The translations under genes and the position numbers were made by a program. Positions 26,029-40,238 of a stretch of 64,000 bases of DNA are shown here, one piece after another. Below the pieces are notes generated by a model. The model saw only the letters and a list, made by a program, of their open reading frames with translations. It had not been told where the DNA came from and searched no databases. Source of the DNA: Octopus vulgaris (lineage: Eukaryota); assembly GCA_951406725.2 (NCBI GenBank), contig OX597814.1:3472001-3536000 (forward strand), in the 5' to 3' direction. Every line of letters begins with the position of its first letter. Position 1 is the stretch's first letter.

Positions 26029-26408
26029 GGAAGCACTCCGTCGGTTACGACGACGAGGGTTCCGGTTGATCCAATCAACGGAACAGCCTGCTCGTGAAAT
26101 TAACGTGTAAGTGGCTGAGCACTCCACAGACACGTGTACCCTTAACGTAGTTCTCGGGGATATTCAGTGTGACACAGAGAGTGACAAGGCCGGCCCTTTG
26201 AAATACAGGTACAACAGAAACAGGAAGAAAGAGTGAGAGAAAGTTGTGGTGAAAGAGTACAGCAAGGTTCACCACCACCCCCTGTTGGAGTTCGTGGAGC
26301 TTTAGGTGTTTCCGCTCAATAAAGACTCTCAACGCTCAGTCTGGGAATCGAAACCGCGATCCTATGACCACGAGTCCGCTGCCCTAACCACTGGGCCATT
26401 GCGCCTCC
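26029..26408 (-). mobile_element. tRNA-derived SINE, family C, full length
   Basis: GGAGGCGCAATGGCCCAGTGGTTAGGGCAGCGGAC..GGTTTCGATTCCC head; tail CGTCGTAACCGACGGAGTGCTTCC; ACAACAATAA on both flanks. Confidence 0.9.
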
Positions 26409-26414
26409 TACAAC

Positions 26415-26502
<88 letters not shown>

Positions 26503-26511
26503 TTAATGATA

Positions 26512-27668
26512 ACGTATAGAAGGTGGTAGAGGCCTTATACAGCTGGAAAACTACTATAAAATAACCACCATAGGACTGCAAAAATATCTACTTCAGAAGG
26601 AAGGAAAACTGATACAAATAGCGGCAAAACACGAGCAAAACAAAAAACTGTTCTCAGTATTTAAGGAAGCTGACAAATACAAACAAGAAATCATACCACC
26701 TAATAAATATGATGAAGAAGAAGAATATGAAGAAACAACAAAAGATATAAAACAAATGAAATCCAAACTAAAAATAGAACAGCAACGAACCATGATAAAA
26801 CGATGGCAAGAAAAGCCCCTTCATGGTAAATACTGGACTAAACTAAACGCAAAAGAAATAGACAAAGAAAAATCCCAGCAATGGTTGAGAAGCTCAGGAC
26901 TCAAAGCAGAGACAGAGGGATTTTTAATTGCAGCACAAGACCAAAGCCTCCCCACCAGAAATAACTAAAAACATGTAATGAAAAGAAATATAACAAGTAA
27001 CTGCAGAATATGTGGAGATGGACAAGAAACAATAAATCATATTATCTCTGGCTGCCCAGTCCTGGCTAAGAAGGAATATATTCACAGACATGACAGAGTT
27101 GGAACCTACATACACTGGAAGCTATGCCAACATTATGGAATAACAACAGAAAAAAGATGGTATAGGCACACACCAGAAAAGTTCACAGAAAACGAGAAAG
27201 CAACCATACTCTGGGATATGCCGATACACACAGATAGAGAAATTAAGGCCAACAGACCAGATATAGTTGTCAGAGATCATGAAGAAGAAAAATGCTTTCT
27301 AATTGATGTATCAATACCAGCAGATGACAACGTGTCTCTAAAAGAAATGGAGAAACTTTCAAAATACAAAGACCTGGAAATAGAGGTAACCAGAATGTGG
27401 AATCTGAAAACAGAAACAATTCCTATCATAGTAGGTGCATTAGGCATGATAAAAAATATTCAGACAAATACATAACAAAAACACCAGGACTTACAAACAC
27501 ATATAACATACAGAAAATTGCACTACTATGCACTGCACACATCCTACGCAGAACACTTTCCATACAATAACCATCAAAGCATCACAACAAATCACAGCAC
27601 ATACCTAAGGCACACAGAGCTGCGCTCGGTAGTGAAGTGAAAACACGCTATAAAAATAAAACTACTGA
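26512..27668 (+). mobile_element. 5'-truncated R4/Dong-like RLE retrotransposon inside (TAA)n
   Basis: KPLHGKY, LKAETEGFLIAAQDQSL, CRIC..ETINHIISGC, RHD, RPDIV..IDV, KLSKYKDL, PIIVGALG; one stop and one frameshift; (TAA)n on both sides. Confidence 0.9.
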
Positions 27669-27697
27669 ATAATAATAATAGTAATAATAATATATAA

Positions 27698-27778
<81 letters not shown>

Positions 27779-28019
27779 ATCCAAACAAGCTACTGCTTTC
27801 TAACGACAGCTAGATTTAGAACCGCGTGAAGATCTCAACATCCTCTATAACCTCCATTACTATGTTTTCTAGAAGCCACCCGTCATACCTTAGTTTCTGT
27901 AAAACAGAGCAAATGAAAGGGAAGTTGTACCTTCCTCGAAATATGGTGCCTGCTAGGAGCGAACAAATTGTAAGACAACAAGCTAAAGGAATAACATAAT
28001 TTGAGACAATTAATTATAT

Positions 28020-28626
28020 GTCAATGTGGTACCTACATACAGATAGGTGAACTGTACCTCATTATGGTACCAATTCACAATCCTAGGGATTGTATCCCAC
28101 TCCGGTACCTACTTACAATTGTGAACTGTACCTCATTATGGTACATACATACAGCTAGTCGGACTTTATCTCATAACACCTGATAATGACTAGGTATCTA
28201 CGCACAGTAGTGAAATTTACCTCGCTGATGAGAGCACTACATCACCATGGTACAAACATACAATAGTGAACTCTACGTCAGCGTGGTACCTACTTACAGC
28301 TACACAGACTGTACTTTACAATGGTACATACTTACAGCGGGGAGTTGTGCCACACTGTGACGTCTTACGACAACGAAGTGCACTGTACCGTACAATGATA
28401 AATTCATTGGACTGTAATTTATCATTATAAATTCCCTCTTACAGTAGAGAATTGAACCTCGTCGTCACACCTGATCAGAACTAAGTAATCAGTCGCTTAC
28501 TATTTGGTCCCTATTTATAATTCGAGGGACTGTTGGAACCTGTTGTATCTACTTATAATAGTGAATTGTACTTCATTATGATACATGATCAAAGCTAGAT
28601 GTTCTGTACCTTACGATGGTACCTAT
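28020..28626. repeat. Degenerate ~36-38-bp minisatellite (TGGTACCTACTTACAATAGTGAACTGTACCTCATTA)
   Basis: GGTAC(C/A)TAC recurs at least 8 times with roughly regular spacing. Confidence 0.75.
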
Positions 28627-29139
28627 AAAAAAATTATAAGGAATGTGTTCCTCTATGATATGTACTTAAGTGAGATATTATATTAGCTTAATAACCATGG
28701 CCATTCAGAGCCCACATCGCGAGCATGGATGGCGAAAACATAACAAGAAATGGCTGGACAGAAAACCATGAACTTTCGCAAGGATATCCCAAAACCTTAT
28801 CGAAAAAAGCCATTCATGTTCTTCAGCCTTTACTTCCGTTCCAATCTTTTGATATTTTTAATCTTCGAAATTATTTCAGATACTGACTTGGTCATTCCGT
28901 AAACATCCACGAGGTTCTTATAGTAATACTTGTCTCTGTAACGACTGCTGAGTTAAATATTAAAATGTCGAAATAGGAGATAGACATCTTGGAGTCAGGC
29001 GTGACAGTGTTGAGTTTACTTCCTGCTGGAATATTTAAATTAGCAGGAAATAGGAAAAATAAAAACAGTCTTTTTATCTCCTGGTTAACAATTAGTGAGA
29101 AAAACATCATATCTTCATTTGAACACAGGCGTATAGATT

Positions 29140-29190
<51 letters not shown>

Positions 29191-29332
29191 CTCTCACACA
29201 AGCGTATAATAATATTTTAGCATAGACACATGCATTAGTGCATACAGGGATATATTCATAAATGGTAAAATAAATAGCTGCATATCAACATAATATATAC
29301 ACATTATGTGTAGTATATATGCACCCGTAGAC

Positions 29333-29370
<38 letters not shown>

Positions 29371-29371
29371 C

Positions 29372-29436
<65 letters not shown>

Positions 29437-30528
29437 GGATGGATGGATGGATGGATGGATGGATAGATACAGTTACATATATATATATATATAAATATAT
29501 ATAGGTATGCACGTTTATACGCATATAAGTATATATATATGTGCGTGTGTACAGGTGTATATACAAACACACACACACATACACACATATGTATATACAT
29601 AAAAGCATGTATGCATATTGATGTCGATATATATGTGTGTGTGTGTTCCATGTGTATGAATTCATGGATTTGTAAATGTTTGCATTTATAAAACAAAGAA
29701 ATTCGCCCTCAATACAAAAAGTAGATCTATATTTAATTAGAAAATGATGTTTTTTAATCGCTACTTTCAATTTCAGATTGTCAAGTATTCACACGATTAG
29801 AGTTGAGAAGTGTGACAATACGTATGCAAAAATACTCGTAAACAAATCGAAATATGTTTAACCATCACGATTTCAATAGTAGCCAAAAAAAAAAAAATGG
29901 CGCCGCCAACACAATTGTTCAACTGCCATAAGTAGAACACGTTATATGTTCATTTATTCGCATGTAAAAATCGTATTTCCATGTCTTCAGTTGGGCGTAC
30001 AGTATCGCACTAGCAGTGAGCTGTGAGTGTCATTGGTCGGGTTTCAGAGCAGAGGGCAAGAGAAGAAGGAGTGAAATAATAGTGGACTTACCCAGTAGGG
30101 CACAGAAAGATGCTGTACCAGTCAACGCTTCAGAGATGCACAGAACTTGAATAGTAGACGTCGAGGAGGTCTGATTTAATGATGACCCTCCCTTGTTGAT
30201 AACAGAATATCATACATTCAGGTTCAAAACCACGTAATATCTTCATGTCTTCAGTATCATATGTGTAAAACACATACCTACCAAAGAGGTAGACTTAGTA
30301 AATGAAGACTTAACGATAAGTGGGCGTATTTTTCATTATGTGGCTATATTACAAAGTATGGCAAATTCCTTAATTGAAAAATAAGTTATTTTAGCCATTT
30401 CACAATTTGGAAATATCACAATAAATATCGATGGAGGGGTTTGCAAGAATTTACCAACACCTACGTTTTGTTTGAAACTCCAAAATGTTATAACAGGATG
30501 TTGTTATCTAAGGAGAGTCATTGTATCA

Positions 30529-31545
30529 ATATTATTAACACACGCACTGGTTCAATTCCACTCCTTTATTATTAGTCAATTGATTAAATATCCAACTAAT
30601 TAATCGAGTGTTTGTTTAACTTGGTTAAACAGTGAGTCGTTTGTCTTGTTTTTGTGTGCTTGTTTTTCAAAAGCAAAAAAAAACAAGACATGGGATTTAC
30701 TGTTTAATCAAGTTAAACAAGCAATCGATTAATTAGTTGGATATTTAATCGATTGACTTTTGATATAAGAGTTGAATTGAACCAGTGCGTGTCTTAATAA
30801 TATTGGCATAATGACCATCCCTAGACAAAACAAAATTTGTTTCAATACACGAACTCACAAAAAGGAACTTGAAAACCAGATACAAAAACGAGGTTATAAT
30901 TGCACCTTGAGACATCAATGTACGCAAACGCCTACATTAAAGGGATAATCAGCTTTACACTCCGTAATTTTTCCATCCTCTGTACCCCAGAGATATTTGT
31001 ATGGAGAGTGTCAAAATTCATACATATGTTGCGAGAAAGGCATTTTCAGTAAACCCTTTCTAGCTTTTTGCTTTTATTGTCATATGATTTATGTTCTACA
31101 CGATAATGCTTAAATAAATAAGACTTTTATTTTCTTGGAGCTGTTATAGACTAATTTTGGGGTGTCGATCCAAAAACTGACCTCAGATGCGCTCTATCAC
31201 ATCGCATTTTAGTGCCATTGATATACACTTTTATTTACCAGAATCATACCAAAAGTTAACCTTACTCTACTATTCGCAGGAATTTTGGCTGGGTTGTCAT
31301 GCTAATTTCGAATGATATATTGATGTAATGATATATTGATGTCTCAAGGTGCAATTATAACCTCGTTTTTGTATCTGGTTTTCAAGCTTCTGTTTGTGAG
31401 TTCGTGTATTGAAACAAATCTTGTTTTGTCTAGGGATAGTCATTAACACACGCACTGATTCAATTCCACTCCTTTATTATTAGTCAATTGGTTAAATATT
31501 CAACTAATTAATCGATTGCTTGTGTAACTTGGTTAAACAGTAAAG
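30529..31545. repeat. Nested inverted/direct repeats
   Basis: 30696-30920 inverted vs 31335-31545; 30535-30633 direct vs 31443-31541 and inverted vs 30697-30797. Confidence 0.8.
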
Positions 31546-33017
31546 CTAAGATTTGCTTTAAAACCTTTTCTCTTCTTTTCAGGTGTGAACTGAACCTCAG
31601 TGCTTTATTTATGGACACAACATCGAAAAGAAGGGTGTGCTGTAATGACCCCGATATCTTCTATTACGTCTGTGGAAACTTCATTTCGCGGGCTCAAGAG
31701 CGCAACATTAATAACTTTGTCAAGAAAGTGTATCTTGCTTTCTTTAAAGTAGCACTTGGAGACCAGGACAAAACCTGGGATCTCCACAAAGTTTGCAAAA
31801 ACCTCTGGTGAAACTTGGTGCGATGAAGCAATTCACCAAAACTCTTGATCTCAGTGGACACTGCTTGAGACATATACTCTTTTACTTGTTTCAGTCATTT
31901 GACTGCGGCCATGCTGGAGCACCACCTTTAGTCGAGCAAATCGACCCCGGGACTTATTCTTTGTAAGCCCAGCGCTTATTCTATCGCTCAGTGACGGGGA
32001 CATAAACACACCAGCATCGGTTGTCAAGCAATGCTAGGAGGACAAACACAGACACACAAACATATACACATATATACGACGGGCTTCTTTGAGTTTCCGT
32101 TTACTAAATCCACTCACTTTGGTCGGCCCGAGGCTATAGTAGAAGACACTTACCCAAGATGCCACGCAGTGGGACTGAACTCGGAACCACGTGGTTGGTA
32201 AGCAAGCTACTTACCACACAACCACTCCTACAATTTTTCCAAGTCTCAGTGATGAGAAGAAGGCGGGAATATTCGATGGACCTCATATAAGAACACTCCT
32301 CAGAGGTCCACATTTCATTACAGCAATGAGTGCGGCTGAGGCTAGAGCTTCTCCGATGTGGTGTGGAATTTCCTTGGGAACAGGAACGCTGACAACTATC
32401 GAGAGATTGTGGAGGAGTTGTTCTTGAGTTTGCAAGAACGTGGATGTAGAATGAACATTAAGTTGCACCAGTTATACAGTCACTTGGCTGAGCTTCCAGA
32501 GAACCTGTGTGGTGTTAGCGAAGAACAGGGTGAACGCTTACGTCAAACGGTAAAAGTAATTGAAGAACGCTACCAAGGCCAATGGGACTCAAACAGATCA
32601 CTGCTAAAGATTAATGAGAGGTATTCTAGAAGCTGTGTACAAGACACCGCCAAAAAAGAGGAAGCTCTTACAGTAACAAGATGATCAGAATTAACGACCT
32701 CAATGAATAGAGATTTGTATTCGTATTTTGTTATCACCAAGCTTAATTCTTACTTGCTAATGTACTTTTACTCCCTCAACTTATTTTGATTTATTAGATT
32801 TAAAAAAAAGACATACTGTCTATCAAAAATTGCATTTATGTATGTTTAATTCTTCTTTTATGAACATTATATAGCTGCTTCTAGCAAAACTAAAAGGTCT
32901 TATATCTCAAAAATCTGATGTGATAGACAAAAACTTATTTGGATTTGGATTCAGCACCCCAAAATTAGCCAAAAGCCATTGAAAAACTCTCTGCCAGGAA
33001 ATATGTGTTGACCAGTG
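31100..33017 (+). mobile_element. Internally deleted Chapaev3-like (CMC superfamily) DNA transposon
   Basis: CCNDPDIFYYVCG...LGDQDKTWDLHKVC and LHQLYSHL..PENLCGVSEEQGER...ERYQGQW; 3' end TGTTGACCAGTG (CAC-type TIR); subterminal inverted similarity 31151-31210 vs 32908-32970. Confidence 0.75.
31876..32230 (-). mobile_element. SINE family B nested in the Chapaev-like element
   Basis: Family B tail, body and head. Confidence 0.85.
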
Positions 33018-33641
33018 TTATCTATAAGGTTTAGGAAAATCCTGGGAACTTAGAAAGAACATGTAAACTACATGGAGGATTATGCCACATAATATTTCAC
33101 TTCCCTTATTTTTCTGATTATGAGTATTAGTGCAGTTCTACTATGTATTCTGTTTCTGAGGCCACTGATTTTTAATGCGTCAATTTAACAATGAACAACG
33201 TGGTTAAAAGGTAACAAATCAGATGAAAAGCTGGATATACGTTTACAAATACCATTAACTAAATTTCTGATAATTACTGAGGATAGTGTGTAGACGGAAA
33301 CTGCCCGAAAGGCTGTCGAATAGACTAAATATGAGTCAAAAGGTACCGTGTCCTCGTGTCATGTTGACTTCAACGGAGAATCAAACAAAAGAGTACATCT
33401 GTCCGAAGAGACACATGTGCCCTTACTACATGTGTCTCAGTATACATGTATTCGTGTGTTCTCATGACCTGATCAGATCGCTCAGTTGATCGAACAATTG
33501 AACCATCGCCTCCGATACTGACGGAGACCCATTTACTCCTGTAACGTATGTAGCTTAAGAGAGATTTGATTACTATTTTAAAAATGCTCCGTGACCATAT
33601 AGAGGTTTACATGGTACTGTTTCATGATAAGAGTGAACATA

Positions 33642-34037
33642 GGCGCAAGAGTGGATGTGTGGTAAGTAGCTTGCTTACCAGCCACATGGTTCCGGGTTCA
33701 TTCCCACCGCGTGGCACCTTGGGCAAGTGTCTTCTACTATAGGCTCGGGCCGACCAAAGCCTTGTGAGTGGATTTGGTAGACGGAAACTGAAAGAAGCCC
33801 GTCGTATATATGTATATATATATATGCATGTGTGTGTGTGTATGTTTGTGTGTCTTTGTCCCCCAACATCGCTTGACAACCGATTGTGGGTGTTTACGTC
33901 CCCGTAACTTAGAAGTTCGGCAAAAGATACCGATAGAATAAGTACTAGGCTTACAAAGAATAAATCCTGGGGTCAATTTGCTCGACTAAAGTCGATGCTC
34001 CAGCATGGCCACAAATGACTGAAACAAGTAAAAGAGT
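33642..34037 (+). mobile_element. SINE family B, full length
   Basis: Head to AGTAAAAGAG tail. Confidence 0.9.
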
Positions 34038-34234
34038 TTCTACATTACCATAGTGCAAGAATTTGAGAAAAGAAAGTTTGAATTACAGATGCCAGCTAAA
34101 TATAGAAAATTTTCAATAATCAATCGCCAATGGAAACAAAAGCCAATCACATCGATAACCTCAGTGAATCGATATTTTCTACTCGATTACAAAAGTGCAA
34201 CTCGACCGAATGTGGATTTAACACACAATAATGT

Positions 34235-34619
34235 GGAAGCACTCCGTCGGTTACGACGACGAGGGTTCCGGTTGATCCGAATCAACGGAACAGCCTGCTC
34301 GTGAAATTAACGTGTAAGTGGCTGAGCACTCCACAGACACGTGCACCCATAACGTAGTTCTCGGGGATATTCAGCGTGACACAGAGAGTGACAAGGCCGG
34401 CCCTTTTGAAATACAGGTACAACAGAAACAGGAAGTAAGAGTGAGAGAAAGTTGTGGTGAAAGAGTACAGCAGGGATCACCACCATCCCTGCCGGAGCCT
34501 CATGGAGCTTTTTTAGGTGTTTTCGCTCAATAAACACTCACAACGCCCGGTCTGGGAATCGAAACCGCGATCCTATGACCGCGAGTCCGCTGCCCTAACC
34601 ACTGGGCCATTGCGCCTCC
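34235..34619 (-). mobile_element. SINE family C, full length with 12-bp TSD
   Basis: ACACACAATAAT at 34221-34232 and 34624-34635. Confidence 0.9.
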
Positions 34620-34659
34620 ACACACACACAATAATACTCGTCTGTATATTAAGATACAG

Positions 34660-34960
34660 TGTCAATACACAGAGCATCCCTGCTGTTAACAGCCATGTGG
34701 GTATGTTTAATGTGACCATGAGGCTCTTCTCAAACGATCCTATTAAATCTCACCGATAGAAGTTCAGATTTTTAAACCAATATCCTGGAATAAGATGTGG
34801 GTCCGTGAATTTCCTGTTTGGTGTTTTTCTCACGACTGTTTCAAGTGCTGCACCGTCGATATCGTTTTGTTTTCCTTTAACATGCTTGCGGCATCTCTGT
34901 TCGAACTCCTCACTCTGGTCAGCTTTTTGTTGAATCCATTGACCCTGTCTCAAAAATGAT
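34660..34960 (-). mobile_element. RLE-LINE RT N-terminal fragment
   Basis: VRKTPNRKFTDPHLIPGYWFKNL resembles the NWKAPGPD..WLK motif, followed by PTWLLTAG. Confidence 0.5.
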
Positions 34961-35039
34961 CTAGAAATGGTTCTGTTAACAGAATATGTTTTTTTTTTTG
35001 TTTTTGCCGATATTATATTTTTGATGCGTTAGACTGGTT

Positions 35040-35872
35040 TGGGATCTCTAGCAAATAATATATTCAGAGTTTGAAGGGAAACCATTGGGCCCGATGATTT
35101 CCAAGTTATACCACCCCCCACTTAGATCATCACATACCCTCCTCCATGTTTAACAGTTGAAAGAAGGCAGTCTGAGTCAAATGCTTCTTTTGGCCGCCTC
35201 CACACGTATACTCGGCCGGTGGTCGGAAATAAGATATAAAATGACTCGTCCGAGAAAATTCTTCCACTGCTCTAAGGACCAATTCTGTGGTCTAAACGCT
35301 TTGCAACGTTTGCTTTTTAAAGTAGTGGTTTTCTGATTGCAGCCCTCCCGTGAAATCTTGCTCTGCGCAGCTCCCAGTAAACAGTTTTTTGTGGAAACTG
35401 GGTTCTCGAGGCGGTCATTAAGCTCTGCAGTAATTTTGGGAGCTGTACTTTTGTGATCCTTTCTTACAATTCGCGTAAGAGTCCGACGGTCCCTATCTGA
35501 AAGTTTGGGTTTTCTTCCGGGGTTTTGTTTCGACGAGAAGATTTTTCCCTCTTTCTGAAAGGCTGTCATTACTTTCGAGACAGTACTTCTTCATACACCA
35601 AACATTTCAGTTGTTTTCGTTACGCTAGCACCTGCCATACGAGCACCAACAATTTGACCTCTTAGAAAGTCCGATAGATCTTTCATTTTAATGAATTTTA
35701 ATTACCTTTTTCTGATGATATCTCAAAAGAAACAGTAATTTTAGGAAAACATATTAAGCAACACTAATAATAAATAAACATAAAAATAAACAAGCTTTTG
35801 ACGGTTTTATAGATATCTCAAAATTATGATGCTATGATGCTAGGTGTTTCCATTATTTTGTCCAACCTCTGT
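35040..35872 (-). mobile_element. Tc1 transposon, 5' half
   Basis: TA|CAGAGGTTGGACAAAATAATGGAAACACC TIR; MKDLSDFLRGQIVGARMAG...GRKPKLSDRDRRTL paired-like HTH. Confidence 0.85.
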
Positions 35873-35899
35873 ATGTCTATATATATATATATATATATG

Positions 35900-35978
<79 letters not shown>

Positions 35979-36102
35979 TTGTATATATATATACATATAT
36001 ATATACGTGTTGTGTGCACCTATACATATATATGCATGTGTGTGTGCATATATACATACATAAATAAATACACACACACAACACACACATATATACATAT
36101 AT

Positions 36103-36908
36103 ACAGGGTGCGATGGGTAAACTATCGCCATTTTATATTTTTTATTTCGCGTATGGGCATTGTTGATTTTTAATTTTCGAGTACACAGTGTAGTAGGGTC
36201 TCATGAGCACCGTCTGTGAGAAAAACAGTACCATGATGCAATTCATTCTGCCACAAATTTGGAAACATGCTGTACTGCTTGCCATTCGCGCTGAAATCTC
36301 CAATGCGAACATTAAGAGTGTTTGAGTGCCAATCTGAGGACAGTGCAATCTGAGGACATGTACCGAGAGTGATAAAAATCAAATGTCCAGTCAACATCAT
36401 GGTGTTTGGAGTGATCACTAGTGATGGTGATGACATGCCTCCATTCATCTTCCCACACAGCCTAAGACGCAACTCGGAGGCCTACTTCAAATGTCTGGAG
36501 GAGATAGACCAGCCCTGGGTAAAGAAGGTGGCTGCAGGAAGACTCTGTTTCGGACAACTGGAGTCTGCACCATGCCGCACAAACAGCAAAACCCAGTCAT
36601 GATTGTCGGACAATTTCTGCGATCACATCACCCCTAACATCTAGCCACCTAACTCCCCAGACCGCCACCCCCTTGATTATTATGTGTGGGGGCACAGCTG
36701 AGTGAGAGATCAACAAAACTCCCTGTAACACCAAAGATGATCTGAAAGCAAGGATTATGGTAGCATTCACCAACTTAAATAACGAGACCATCCAGAAGAC
36801 CATCCAAGCTATTTTTACGTAATTTCTGTAAATATATCTGTTAAAATAAGATGTCAGTGTTAATTTCATTTTTGCGTGCTTTAGACAACAATTCATTCAC
36901 CGTACCCT
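36103..36908 (+). mobile_element. Internally deleted maT/DD37D-like transposon
   Basis: TA|CAGGGTGCGATGGGTAAA TIR with a degenerate partner near 36885-36908; IMVFGVITSDGDDMPPFIF and PPNSPD.HPLDYYVWG. Confidence 0.8.
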
Positions 36909-36928
36909 CAGATATACATATGTATGTA

Positions 36929-37007
<79 letters not shown>

Positions 37008-37481
37008 GTTTAAATATTTGTTGAGCAAGATTTTTTATGTGAAGTCGTGTGTTGAAACAGATATTGTTATATTTCGGAATGGTCATACTGAAGCAAAATA
37101 ACACCAAATATATAGTGCGTGTGTTTTTATTGGCTAAACTAACAATATGACCATTCTGAAATATAACAATATATATATATATATATAAATATATATAATT
37201 AATCAATATAGGGTGGCAAAAATTTTATATTCTCACCATATATGGAAAAATTATATAGTCATAAACATTTTTAAGTTCAACAACTGATATATATATGATT
37301 TATAATCAGGTTAGTTACCATTAAACAGTAGATGAAACGTGTGCATCGTATAAGAAATTACAGGGTAAATGTTTTTTAATTTTCTCTGGTATACGGAATT
37401 GATGTATTTTGCGGTTAAAGCTTTTGGCTGTTATTTCTAGTGGGTGAATGGCCTATTATGGCCGTTCCTTGATTGTGATGT

Positions 37482-37518
<37 letters not shown>

Positions 37519-37956
37519 CGTGAGTTGAGTTGACCAAACACTATACGAGAGAGATTTTCTTTAAGTATTAGAAATGGTTTTTAAAAAAGTTTTTTAGCTG
37601 CTATTTCTAATGAGTTCAGTATGCGGCAAAGTAATTTATTTTACTAAGCCCTTTTATATATTGTAATAATTTGAATTCGCCTTAAATGGTCCCTTTGCAT
37701 ACTGAACACTTGGTGAAATTAATTAATAATTAAGTAATTTTACCCTCAATTGTTGAAATATATATATATATATATATACTCACGTACACGTATCTGCAGG
37801 TCTGCGAACTACTTGGGGTGTGTACACATACATGCAAAAGTATGTGTGTGTGCTGTGCATGTACATACACACATATATATATATATAAGGGCGGCGTGTA
37901 TATCTGTGTGCGAGAGTGAGTTGGGGCGTCTATATGAATATGAAAGTAAATTAAAC

Positions 37957-38003
<47 letters not shown>

Positions 38004-38323
38004 TTATATATATATATATATACATATATTATATTATATTATATTATATGTTTACATATACAAGAGCGATTATATCTTGTCCTGCTGTAATGTATGTAGA
38101 TCGCTGTGTGCGGTAGTAAGTGGGTGTATACAATTATTGCGAATTAATTACACCTATATACCTACAGCACACCCAGTCTCTTAATAACAAGTTTTAGTTA
38201 AATTATTAATTTAATCCTATCACTGGTGATTCATTAACTCAATCTAATTTCTTTCTCAAAAATCTTTATCTCCGTAGATTAGATCTGTTAATTAACTGAT
38301 ATCAACATGCAATTGTAAACTTC

Positions 38324-38481
<158 letters not shown>

Positions 38482-38490
38482 ACATATGTG

Positions 38491-38524
<34 letters not shown>

Positions 38525-39168
38525 CATATATATGTATATATGTACACATATGTATATATTTGTGTGAGTGTGTGTGGTGAATGCGTGTGTTTGTGTGTGC
38601 GTGCTTGTGTGTGTTTGTGTGTTTGTGCGTGTTTGTTTGTTTGTGTGAGTGTGTTTGAGTGTGTGTATATATATATATATAGACACACAGTTAAATAAGA
38701 TTTGATTAAAAGCTTTAGACATTGTTATGCAAATCTCCTCCAGCGTTGATGACTACCAGATGTACCGATGCATATCCACTAGCTCTTGCCAATGGATATA
38801 CGTCAGGAATTCCATAGAAACCATAGAGTTTATATAAATAGATAAATGATGATAGAAAATGTAATGAACGCCATTATTTAAAATTTTCACCAGATGACAT
38901 AAAAACGTTTTGTCAGTAAACAGCTGATAATAACACATCACTTTGGGTATGCACTCCCACGCCAAGTGAAATGGCGGCAGGATCTAACGAAGGACATATT
39001 TAAACAATCACTCGACGATATGTATTTCACACAGTGGATGCTTGATGATGATGAACAGCATATCACCAATGTAATACGGGTGTAAAAATGCGTCGAAACA
39101 ATTGTAGTGGTTTTGAATAAAGAATATCATTCAAGCCATTTTCTGTCATTTATCTACACACGCACACA

Positions 39169-39193
39169 CGTGTGTATACACATACATAAATGC

Positions 39194-39272
<79 letters not shown>

Positions 39273-39544
39273 TACAGGGCGGCGAGCTGGCAGAAACGTT
39301 AGCACGCCGGGTGAAATGTGTAGCCGTATTTCGTGTGCCGTTACCTTCTGAGTTCAAATTCCGCCGAGGTCAACTTTGCCTTTCATCCTTTCGGGGTCGA
39401 TAAATTAAATACCAGTTACGCACTGGGGTCGATATAATCGACATAATCCGTTTGTCTGTCCTTGTTTGTCCCCTCTGTGTTTAGCCCCTTGTGGGTAGTA
39501 AATAAAAAAATATATATATATAGATATGTATACACACACGCACG

Positions 39545-39583
<39 letters not shown>

Positions 39584-39700
39584 TACCAAAAGGTTTGCAG
39601 GCCTCAAGAGAACGTTCCATAGAACATGATCAATGCTTTATTTTACTGAGCTCTCATTTGTCTCTCACGACAAGAGAACCTATGATATATATGCGTGTGT

Positions 39701-39738
<38 letters not shown>

Positions 39739-40118
39739 AAAGCATCAAAACGCAGGACCTGGCGCCACTCTTGCTTCTCCTCAGTTCATAAAGTTGAGCA
39801 AAATTGACTCCAGCATCGGGACCAACTTCATGCAAGCATGAAGACATATATATATATATATATATATATTTTTATTTTTATTTACTACCCACAAGGGGCT
39901 AAACACAGAGGGGACAAACAAGGACAGACAAACGGATTATGTCGATTATATCGACCCCAGTGCGTAACTGGTATTTAATTTATCGACCCCGAAAGGATGA
40001 AAGGCAAAGTTGACCTCGGCGGAATTTGAACTCAGAAGGTAACGGCACACGAAATACGGCTACGCATTTCACCTGGCGTGCTAACGTTTCTGCCAGCTCG
40101 CCCCCCTGTATATATGTG

Positions 40119-40213
<95 letters not shown>

Positions 40214-40238
40214 GCATTTATGTATGTGTATACACACG
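39169..40238. repeat. Inverted duplication (~370-bp arms) of SINE A plus flanking microsatellites
   Basis: SINE A at 39278-39505 (+) and 39880-40104 (-) share private variants and flanks. Confidence 0.85.

Noticed and set aside
26335-26408. Genuine tRNA genes (also 34545-34619, 54351-54425, 3859-3925)
   Set aside because: They continue into SINE bodies or match SINE heads and lack a proper acceptor stem and T-run terminator.
28020-28626. CRISPR-like array (also 75-775 and 13679-13754)
   Set aside because: Eukaryotic context, degenerate repeats, homologous rather than unique spacers, no cas genes.
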